A DNA stretch of 12,811 bases from assembly GCA_037133055.1 (NCBI GenBank), contig JBAXOY010000089.1, forward strand, positions 1-12,811, given 5' to 3'. Shown in pieces: positions 1-6,497 of this stretch (position 1 is its first letter; every line of letters starts with the position of its first letter). A program made the translations under genes and the position numbers. Below the pieces are notes generated by a model that saw only the letters and a program-made list of their open reading frames with translations, was not told where the DNA came from and did not search any database. The DNA is from Chlamydiota bacterium (GTDB taxonomy: Bacteria > Auribacterota > Tritonobacteria > UBA1439).

Positions 1-627
1 GCGCAGGTCGGCGCCAAGGCATACCGCCCCGCCCCCGGGGATGTCATGGTGTGGGACTTTCACCCGTGGGAGGGAGTACGCCAGGTCCAGGCGCTCATCG
101 GCTGCTACCCGCAGCCGTTTACCGGCTCGACGCGGGATGGATCCGCGCCATGCCGCATCCTCTTCAGCGATGCCGCGCACGGAAAGGCCCGCGAGCTCGC
201 GGCATCGCTCGTGCGCCACGGAGCGCCCGAGGCGCGCGTCCAGCCGCTCTCCTCCGCGGAGCTGTCCGACGGGGTCCCGGCCGTACTCATCGGCCCGTGG
301 GATGAGATCAGCCGCGTCCCCGCCGTCCGGACAGCCGTCGCGCACGGCGACCGCTGCGGGCTGTTCGTCGAGTGCGACGGGACGGGGATGCGAGTTCTTG
401 ATCTCAAGAGAAAGTCCCGCGCGTCCTACACAAAGGCCGGCGCCCTCATCGCCGTCGCGGGCGGCGTCTCGCGCCCCGCGCCCCTCTGGTTCGTCACGGG
501 CACCGACACGGCCTCGGCATGCCTGGCCGCCGACATCCTGATCTCTCACCCCGATCGGATCCGGGGAATGGCTTCGGCCGTGCTGTCGGGGGATGCGGTC
601 CACCCCGCCCCGGTGATCGATGAATAA
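1..627 (+). CDS. Partial (5'-truncated) DUF4430/transcobalamin-like domain protein, likely substrate-binding partner of the ECF transporter
   Basis: Frame 1 is open from base 1: AQVGAKAYRPAPGDVMVWDFHPW..IGCYPQPF. This resembles the 'VGAxxY...GDxIxWxY' end of DUF4430 domains. Stop TAA at 625-627 overlaps the ecfT start. Confidence 0.65.
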   Translation, partial: AQVGAKAYRPAPGDVMVWDFHPWEGVRQVQALIGCYPQPFTGSTRDGSAPCRILFSDAAHGKARELAASLVRHGAPEARVQPLSSAELSDGVPAVLIGPWDEISRVPAVRTAVAHGDRCGLFVECDGTGMRVLDLKRKSRASYTKAGALIAVAGGVSRPAPLWFVTGTDTASACLAADILISHPDRIRGMASAVLSGDAVHPAPVIDE

Positions 628-1501
628 CCATGCCGGGGGAACGACCTATCATCCCCTCGCCGCCCTCGCCTGCGCTGCGGCGCTCTTCGTCCCCGCGGCG
701 GCCTGGTCGAACCCCCTCTGGCTCGGAGCGCTTTTCGCCGCCGCGATTGCCGCGCTCGCGGCCGCAGCCGGGCGGGAATCATGCAGGCGGGCCCTTGCCG
801 TGTCGCTCCCCACCGCCGCGGTGTTCGCCCTCGTCAACGTGCTCGTGTCGCGCTCCGGCGAGACGGCGCTCTTTGAATTCCCGCGCATCCCCCTCGTCGG
901 CGCGCCCCGCCTTTTCCTTGAGCCGCTCGTCTTCGGCCTCGCGGCGGGCTTGAGGATCGCCGTCGCCGTGGCCGCTTTTTCCCTCGCGGAAGCTCTCGCC
1001 GACGCCGACGAGACGTTCTCCCTCTGCTCCCGCTTCGCCCCGAAAACGGCGCTCGCCACCGCCCTCACCGTCCTGGCCATCCCGCGGATGAAGCGCGACC
1101 TCGATCGGATACGCGGCGTGATGAGCGTCCGCGGCGCCGCCCTCGATGCCCGGGGGATTTTCGCCCGCATCGGCGCCTCGCGCCCGATCCTCCACGCGCT
1201 GCTCCTCTCCTCCCTCGAGGGCGCATGGGACACCGCCGCGGCGCTCCACGCCCGGGGATTCGGCTGCGGCGCGCGGAGCGCATCCCCCCTCCCCCCGTGG
1301 GAACTACGAGATATTTTTCTCGCCGCGGGCGGATGTCTTTCGTTTTCGGCGACCGCCGCGGGCCTCTTCGCCGGAAGAGGCGTGTACGCGTGCTACCCGC
1401 GCCTCGCCCCGCTCGCGGAACATGGCGATGCCGCCTGGCTCTGCGCGGCGGTCGGCGCGTTTCTCGCGGGCATCGCGCTCGCGCGGAGGGCTCCGCGATG
1501 A
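620..1501 (+). CDS. ecfT: ECF transporter transmembrane T component (CbiQ/EcfT family)
   Basis: Hydrophobic 293-aa protein with N-terminal 'HP' motif and the two coupling-helix Arg motifs (SVRG, LHARGFG). ATGA overlap with the ATPase. Confidence 0.88.
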   Translation: MNNHAGGTTYHPLAALACAAALFVPAAAWSNPLWLGALFAAAIAALAAAAGRESCRRALAVSLPTAAVFALVNVLVSRSGETALFEFPRIPLVGAPRLFLEPLVFGLAAGLRIAVAVAAFSLAEALADADETFSLCSRFAPKTALATALTVLAIPRMKRDLDRIRGVMSVRGAALDARGIFARIGASRPILHALLLSSLEGAWDTAAALHARGFGCGARSASPLPPWELRDIFLAAGGCLSFSATAAGLFAGRGVYACYPRLAPLAEHGDAAWLCAAVGAFLAGIALARRAPR

Positions 1502-3135
1502 GCCTTTTCCGCGTCGAGGACCTCTCGTACTTCTACCCCGAGGCCGGCCGGCCGGCCCTCGACCGAGTCACCCTGACACTGCGCGAGGGCGAATTCGTGC
1601 TCGTGACCGGCCCGTCGGGCGGCGGGAAGACCACCCTCGCGCGGGCTCTCGCCGGCCTCGTGCCGGGCTTTTTCGGGGGAAAAATATGCGGCCGGGTCTA
1701 TTTCCGCGGCGCGCCGATCGAGCGGGTCGACCGCCGCCTGCTCCACGCGGAGATCGGCATCGTCCTCCAGGACCCGGAAAAGCAGACGCTCATGACCCGC
1801 GTCGGGAAGGAACTCTCCTTCGGGCCCGAGAACCTCGGCATCCCTCCCGATATCGTCCGCCGCCGCGTGCGCGAGCTCGCCGACTGCCTCGGCATCGCGG
1901 GCCGCCTCGGCGCGCGCCTCGACGAGCTCTCGGGTGGCATGCGCCAGCGGATAGCCCTCGGCGCCGTCATGGCGACGGGGGCGCGCACGCTCGTGCTCGA
2001 CGAGCCGACCTCTCAGCTCGACCCGGTGGCGGCGGAGGAGCTCTTCTCTCTCCTCTCGCGCCTGCGCGACGACCTCGGATGCACGATCATCATCGTCGAG
2101 CAGCGCCTCGAACGCTGCCTGCCCATGGCCGAACGCGTCCTCTTCATGGAGGAGGGCCGCCCGCAGTTCGACGGGACGCCGCGCGAGTTCTGCCGTTGGG
2201 CCTCGGGTGCGGCGCAGGATTTTCTCCCTCCCGTCGCCGGCCTCTGGGCGCGGACGGCGTCGGCCGAATTGCCCATGACCGTACGCGAGGGCCGCGCGCT
2301 GCTCCGCCTGTCGCCCCCCGCGCCTGCCCCCCGGCCCCGCCCCGCTGCCGCCCCCGGCGAGCCCGTCGCGCTCCTCGACCGCGTCTCCTTCGCCTACGGA
2401 AACGGGCCACGGGTCCTCAACGATGTCAGTCTCCAGGCGCGGCGCGGAGAGGTCGCCGCGCTGCTCGGGCCGAACGGGGCGGGGAAGAGCACGATTCTCA
2501 AGCTCGCCTGCGGGCTCCTCCGTCCCGCGCGCGGCGCGGTCACCCTTGCCGGCATGGACCCGGGCCGCATGGAGAACCGGGAGAAGGCGGCCCTGTGCGG
2601 CTACCTCTCGCAGAGCCCGGACGACTTTCTTTTTCACGACACCGTGGCGTCGGAAATCGGCTACACCCTGCGCGCCCTCGGCCGCGCCGAGGGCGATGCC
2701 GCCGCGCGAGCCCTGGCCGCGTGGGGCCTCTCGCGCCTCGCGGGGCGGAACCCGCGCGAGCTCGGCGCGGGCGAGCGCCAGTGCGTCGCCCTCGCCGCGG
2801 CGATGGCCGCGGGCCCCCGGCTCCTCCTGCTCGACGAGCCGTCCCGCGGGCAGGACCCGCGACTGAAATGCCTCCTTGCCGGGATGCTCGCCTCTGCCGC
2901 CGCCGCCGGCGCGGCGGTCCTTCTCGTGACCCAGGACTTCGAGTTCGCGGCGGAGTACGCCGGCCGCATCGTGCTGCTCTTCGACGGCGAGGTCGTCGCG
3001 GACGGCCCGAAACGGGAAATCTTCGACGGCGGCCCCTTCTACTCGCCGCAGGTGAGCAGGATGTTCCGCGGATTCGCGGAAGGCGTGGTGACGCGGGGCG
3101 ACGCCCGCGCGGCGCTCGGGCTGGGACCATCATAG
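1498..3135 (+). CDS. ECF transporter ATPase with two fused ABC domains
   Basis: Start at ATG 1498 (ATGA overlap, GGAGG upstream) rather than 1225. Walker A GPSGGGKTT and GPNGAGKST; Q-loops LQDPEKQ and SQSPDD; signatures LSGGMRQR and LGAGERQ; Walker B LDEPT and LDEPS. Confidence 0.93.
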   Translation: MSLFRVEDLSYFYPEAGRPALDRVTLTLREGEFVLVTGPSGGGKTTLARALAGLVPGFFGGKICGRVYFRGAPIERVDRRLLHAEIGIVLQDPEKQTLMTRVGKELSFGPENLGIPPDIVRRRVRELADCLGIAGRLGARLDELSGGMRQRIALGAVMATGARTLVLDEPTSQLDPVAAEELFSLLSRLRDDLGCTIIIVEQRLERCLPMAERVLFMEEGRPQFDGTPREFCRWASGAAQDFLPPVAGLWARTASAELPMTVREGRALLRLSPPAPAPRPRPAAAPGEPVALLDRVSFAYGNGPRVLNDVSLQARRGEVAALLGPNGAGKSTILKLACGLLRPARGAVTLAGMDPGRMENREKAALCGYLSQSPDDFLFHDTVASEIGYTLRALGRAEGDAAARALAAWGLSRLAGRNPRELGAGERQCVALAAAMAAGPRLLLLDEPSRGQDPRLKCLLAGMLASAAAAGAAVLLVTQDFEFAAEYAGRIVLLFDGEVVADGPKREIFDGGPFYSPQVSRMFRGFAEGVVTRGDARAALGLGPS

Positions 3136-3140
3136 GTGCC

Positions 3141-3283
3141 CCAGAGGGCACAGAGGGAAACTTGGACACAGATACCCACGGATGAACACGGCCAAAACAA
3201 GAGATTCTCACCACGAAGGCACGAAGGACACGAAGACAATGTTGCATGGCTTGAACTGTTTGAACCGATTGAACTGCTTGAAC
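3141..3283. repeat. Cluster of four short-period imperfect tandem repeats
   Basis: CAGAGGG x2 (3142, 3151); CACRG x3 (3167, 3177, 3187); CACGAAG x3 (3212, 3220, 3229); TTGAAC x4 (3251, 3260, 3269, 3278). Confidence 0.85.
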
Positions 3284-3297
3284 AGAAGGATCCGTCC

Positions 3298-3939
3298 ATG
3301 ACCCGAGCGCTCCCCAGCATGGCCCTGGCGCTGGCCGCGCTCTGGATCGCCTTTCTCCGCTTCGAGAGGGGAAGGCTCTCCTCGCGCGAGATACCGCTCA
3401 TCGCCGTCCTCGCCGCGCTTGCGGCGCTCGGGCGGATACCGTTCGCCGCCGTCCCGGGCCTTCAGCCGACGACCTTCATCGTCGCCGCGTCCGGGCTCGT
3501 CTTCGGTCCCGGGCCCGGGTTCCTCGTCGGCGCGGTCGCCGCCCTCGTCTCCAACATCTTGCTTGGGCACGGCCCGTGGACCGTCTGGCAGATGCTCGCC
3601 TGGGGGGCGTGCGGGCTTTCGGCGGGCGGAATGGGCCGCGTGATGCCCGGAGCGGGAAGGATCTCGCTCGCGTTGTTCACCGCCGCCTGGGGCTACCTGT
3701 TCGGCTGGATCATGAATTTCTGGTACTGGTACTCCTTCGTGTACCCGCTCTCCCCCGCATCATGGCTCGCCGTGAACGCGGCGTCCCTCCCCTTCGATAC
3801 CCTCCACGCCGCGGGAAACGCCTGCTTCGCGCTCCTGCTCGGGAACGGCGTCGTCGGGGCGCTGCGCTATTCCAAGAAACGTCTTGCCCTGTCCTACCTC
3901 GCGTGTTACAGTGAGCATACGGAGCCCGCACACCGATGA
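3298..3939 (+). CDS. ECF transporter S component, CbrT-like (probable cobalamin/corrinoid substrate)
   Basis: ATG 3298 follows AGAAGGA. The sequence FERGRLSSREIPLIAVLAALAALGRIPFAAVPGLQPTTFIV...LVSNILLGHGPWTVWQM...SLPFDTLHAAGN is typical of this S-component family. The substrate is inferred from family and the DUF4430 neighbour. Confidence 0.85.
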   Translation: MTRALPSMALALAALWIAFLRFERGRLSSREIPLIAVLAALAALGRIPFAAVPGLQPTTFIVAASGLVFGPGPGFLVGAVAALVSNILLGHGPWTVWQMLAWGACGLSAGGMGRVMPGAGRISLALFTAAWGYLFGWIMNFWYWYSFVYPLSPASWLAVNAASLPFDTLHAAGNACFALLLGNGVVGALRYSKKRLALSYLACYSEHTEPAHR

Positions 3940-4652
3940 GACCCACTGTTTTTACGCTGCTCGCGCTCGCGGCGCTGTCCCTCCCCCGCGCACTCGCAGC
4001 CCAGACTGCGGCGACCCCGATCCCCCAGGGCCAGTTCCAGATGCGCTGCGAGAACGGGAAGATAACCGTCGCCTCCAACGAGGCCAACGTGGAGCGCCTC
4101 CTGACGGAGTTCTCCCAGAAGAGCGGAGTCACCTTCAACAAGTTCCTCGGCAAGACGCAGAACGCGACCCTCGACCTGAAAGAGGCCCCGTTCGAGGATT
4201 TTCTGAGCCGCGTCCTCGGCAGCTATGTGACGAAGTCGAAGAAGGTGGATGGACAGGTGGCGGTGAGCTCGGTGACCGTGATGGATGAGGGAACGGGGAT
4301 TTCGCCGGGCGCGAATCCCCCGCCGCCAGGCCCCCCGCCGCCGGGGAACGATCAGCCTGCCGGACAGGGACGCATAGGACGGACTGATGACGCTCAGGCG
4401 AGGGAAGAGGCGCTGAAGCGCCGCAGGAATCGGAGGCGCAGGCCTTCCCGCGGGCAAACGGGGCAGGGCGGAGCAGAGGCGCCCGTACCGCAGGAAAATC
4501 CCCCGCCGGAGATACAGCCTCCTCCCGACCAGCCCCCTCCCCCCGAACAGCCCCCGCCTCCGCCTGACCAGCCGCCACCCGACGCGGCCCCCCCCCCGGG
4601 ACAGCCGCCCCCCGGCGATCCTCCGACCGGGCAGGAGATGCCGCCGCAGTAG
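3936..4652 (+). CDS. Secreted hypothetical protein: signal peptide, STN/secretin-N0-like domain, Arg-rich patch, Pro-rich disordered tail
   Basis: ATGA overlap with the S component and GGAG upstream. MRPTVFTLLALAALSLPRALAA looks like a signal peptide. ITVASNEANVERLLTEFSQKSGVTF...TLDLKEAPFEDFLSRVL resembles STN domains. Confidence 0.75.
   Translation: MRPTVFTLLALAALSLPRALAAQTAATPIPQGQFQMRCENGKITVASNEANVERLLTEFSQKSGVTFNKFLGKTQNATLDLKEAPFEDFLSRVLGSYVTKSKKVDGQVAVSSVTVMDEGTGISPGANPPPPGPPPPGNDQPAGQGRIGRTDDAQAREEALKRRRNRRRRPSRGQTGQGGAEAPVPQENPPPEIQPPPDQPPPPEQPPPPPDQPPPDAAPPPGQPPPGDPPTGQEMPPQ
4497..4640 (+). repeat. Low-complexity coding repeat (PPP[D/E]Q units)
   Basis: Translation NPPPEIQPPPDQPPPPEQPPPPPDQPPPDAAPPPGQPPPGDPP. 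Confidence 0.8.
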
Positions 4653-4682
4653 GAGCCTGTCCGAGAAATGGACCTCGCCGCG

Positions 4683-5594
4683 TTATCTCGCCCAGTCCGG
4701 GTATCGCGCGTAGTCCCCGAACTCCGTCAGACGCGCCTGGTTCGATCCGTCGCGGTCCATCACGTACAGCTCGTAGCGCCCGGTCCGGTCAGAGGCGAAG
4801 ATGATCCGGCTCCCGTCGGGCGCGTAGGCAGGGTCGTAGTCGTGCCCGCCGGCCTCCGTCAGCCGCTTCTTGTTCCGCCCGTCCGGGTCCATCTCCCAGA
4901 TGTCGATATTCGTGCGCACCCCGTAGCCGCCGTCGGAGTAGGCGATCCTCTTCCCGTCCGGCGACCAGCGAGGGCGGCATGCCCCGCGGGGATTTCCCGT
5001 CAGGCGCTCTTCGTGCGCGCCGCTCGCGTCGATCAGATAGACCTGGTGGCTCAGGTATCGGTCCGACGTGAACGCGATCCTCTTCCCGTCCGGCGACCAT
5101 GCGGGCACGCGCCGCGATCCCGTTTTTGAGCGGGTGATATCCGTCATCCCGGTGCCGTCGCGGGCGATAAGGCAGATGTTCTCGGGCGCCCCCCTGCGGT
5201 CCTGAGCCCAGAAGCAGAGCCTCGACCCGTCGGGCGACCATGAGGGGTCCTCGTTCACGGAGGCCTTCCCCGTTATCCGGCGCGCGTTCCCTCCCGACGC
5301 GTCCATGATATAGATCTGCCGTGTCCCCTCCCGGTCCGAGTAGAACGCGATCTCCCTTCCGTCGGGGGACCAGCGCGGGTACTCGTCGAGGGCCCGGTTG
5401 TCGGTGAGCCGGACGCTCTTCCGCGAGGGGAGGTCCATCACCCATATCTCCGCGGCGTTCCCCTCGCCCCGCTGATAGACGAGGCGGCCTTCCATCGCGG
5501 GGGGCGCGGCGTGCGCCTTCTCCTCCCCTCCCCCCCGTCCGCATCCCGCGGTCGCGGCCATCACTGCGATCAGCAGGATCAGCACTCTATCCAT
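4683..5594 (-). CDS. TolB-like PD40-repeat beta-propeller lipoprotein
   Basis: ATG at 5594 follows GAGGGG (alternative ATG at 5606). Lipobox ATAGC. Repeated PxWSPDG..IAF.S.R units (PRWSPDG, PSWSPDG, PAWSPDG, PRWSPDG, PAYAPDG). There is no TolB N-terminal domain, so it is not called tolB. Confidence 0.88.
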   Translation of the reverse strand: MDRVLILLIAVMAATAGCGRGGGEEKAHAAPPAMEGRLVYQRGEGNAAEIWVMDLPSRKSVRLTDNRALDEYPRWSPDGREIAFYSDREGTRQIYIMDASGGNARRITGKASVNEDPSWSPDGSRLCFWAQDRRGAPENICLIARDGTGMTDITRSKTGSRRVPAWSPDGKRIAFTSDRYLSHQVYLIDASGAHEERLTGNPRGACRPRWSPDGKRIAYSDGGYGVRTNIDIWEMDPDGRNKKRLTEAGGHDYDPAYAPDGSRIIFASDRTGRYELYVMDRDGSNQARLTEFGDYARYPDWAR

Positions 5595-5662
5595 GGAACC
5601 CCTCATTTCTTCGCATCCTTCGCGGCGGCTATCAGTGACGGCGTGAGCGTGGGGCAACGCTG

Positions 5663-6067
5663 TCAGGCCTTTTTCTTTGTCGTATCCCAGAAGCCCCGAG
5701 GAGACAGAATCCGCATGCGCCCAATCTTGCCGAGGGCCAGAACTTCCTTGTCTCCGGTTACGAAGACTTGATTTTTGGCTCGAATGGCGGAAGACAGGAT
5801 GATTACGTCATCCTTGTCTCTGATCTCGATGTCGATGAGATTTCCGTCCGGCGCCGGAATCGTGTCCTGCTGAAGGAACGCAACCATCTCATTGATCAGC
5901 GATTCGGTGACATGGAACTTCCTGGCCATGATGCGTCGGAGTTCGATAACCAGGGGTTCGGAGATGATCAGGTCGTCCGAGTTGATGACTTTGCGCAGGA
6001 TGTCTGCGCAAAGACCTCGGGTTGCCAGAGCACTGGCCAGCACGTTGGTGTCGAGAAACACCCTCAT
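5663..6067 (-). CDS. PIN-domain toxin (VapC-like) of a type II toxin-antitoxin pair
   Basis: MRVFLDTNVL, EL, RDKDD and VTGDKE give the acidic PIN residues. ATGA overlap with the upstream antitoxin. Confidence 0.92.
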   Translation of the reverse strand: MRVFLDTNVLASALATRGLCADILRKVINSDDLIISEPLVIELRRIMARKFHVTESLINEMVAFLQQDTIPAPDGNLIDIEIRDKDDVIILSSAIRAKNQVFVTGDKEVLALGKIGRMRILSPRGFWDTTKKKA

Positions 6068-6285
6068 GAGACCTCAGCGAAGACATCCTCATCGGTCAGA
6101 AAGCCGCGGGCTTCCGCAAAGGGCATCGTGCGCCGTCGGAGGGATTCAAACTGAGAGAGCCGGAGCTGCCGCCTCAGTGCCTCTCGTGCCACTTCGCTGC
6201 GCGTCTTGTGAGCCCTTCTGCTGGCTTTCTCGAGGAGTTTCTCCAGGTCCTCATCCAGGCGTATGGTCAGCATCGCTGTTTTCAT
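6064..6285 (-). CDS. Ribbon-helix-helix (CopG-like) antitoxin, 73 aa
   Basis: MKTAMLTIRLDEDLEKLLEKASRRAHKTRSEVAREALRRQL fits the RHH pattern. Start is placed at ATG 6285 because the TTG at 6321 is the -35 box. Confidence 0.9.
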   Translation of the reverse strand: MKTAMLTIRLDEDLEKLLEKASRRAHKTRSEVAREALRRQLRLSQFESLRRRTMPFAEARGFLTDEDVFAEVS

Positions 6286-6303
6286 GTTATACAATGTACT
6301 ACA
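6285..6303. promoter_or_regulatory. Probable antitoxin operator (tandem near-palindromes)
   Basis: Minus strand TGTAGTACA-T-TGTATAACA overlaps the -10 box and the start codon, as expected for RHH autorepression. Confidence 0.6.
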
Positions 6304-6321
6304 CCTGTGCCGATCTGTCAA
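6293..6321 (-). promoter_or_regulatory. Sigma70-type promoter of the TA operon
   Basis: TTGACA (6321-6316), 17 bp spacer, TACATT (6298-6293), then 7 nt to the antitoxin ATG. Confidence 0.8.
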
Positions 6322-6439
6322 ATCATCTTCGCAGGACTAACAATGAGTGGGGCGCGCTGATGAAGAGGAAGCATAAGCCAGAGGGGCTCTGGCATGTCCA
6401 CCGCTTTCGAAGGATTCCCAATGGGGAAACATTGCTTAC

Positions 6440-6487
6440 AGCCTATTTCAGGGCCTGAAACTCGCGTTTAAGGCCCTAATTTAGGCT
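6440..6487. repeat. Long imperfect inverted repeat just downstream of rsmA (possible terminator or mobile-element remnant)
   Basis: AGCCTAtttcAGGGCCTgAAAC-tcgc-GTTTaAGGCCCTaattTAGGCT. No clear U-tract. Confidence 0.6.
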
Positions 6488-6497
6488 CGGATTATTT

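Noticed and set aside
1225..1497. N-terminal extension of the ATPase in the ORF track
   Set aside because: It overlaps ecfT; the start at 1498 has an SD and an ATGA overlap.
1146..3185. 679-aa + strand ORF and the many other long overlapping or antisense ORFs
   Set aside because: Typical stop-poor shadow frames of high-GC DNA overlapping genes with clear family motifs.
3141..3283. Possible CRISPR array
   Set aside because: Repeat units are 5-7 bp with 8-10 bp period, with no unique spacers of CRISPR length and no cas genes.
4416..4451. KRRRNRRRR as a nuclear localisation signal of a host-targeted effector
   Set aside because: No secretion system or host-association evidence in the window; basic patches are common in disordered regions.
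4683..5594. Calling the gene tolB
   Set aside because: It lacks the TolB N-terminal domain and has no tolQRA/pal context.
5646..5661. Hairpin AGCGT-ggggca-ACGCT after the toxin stop as a terminator
   Set aside because: 5-bp stem and no U-tract on the minus strand.
6330..6490. Integron attC site or small ORFs (MKRKHKPEG... on +, MPEPLWLML... on -)
   Set aside because: No properly placed RYYYAAC/GTTRRRY ends around the stem; the ORFs lack a convincing SD and recognisable features.
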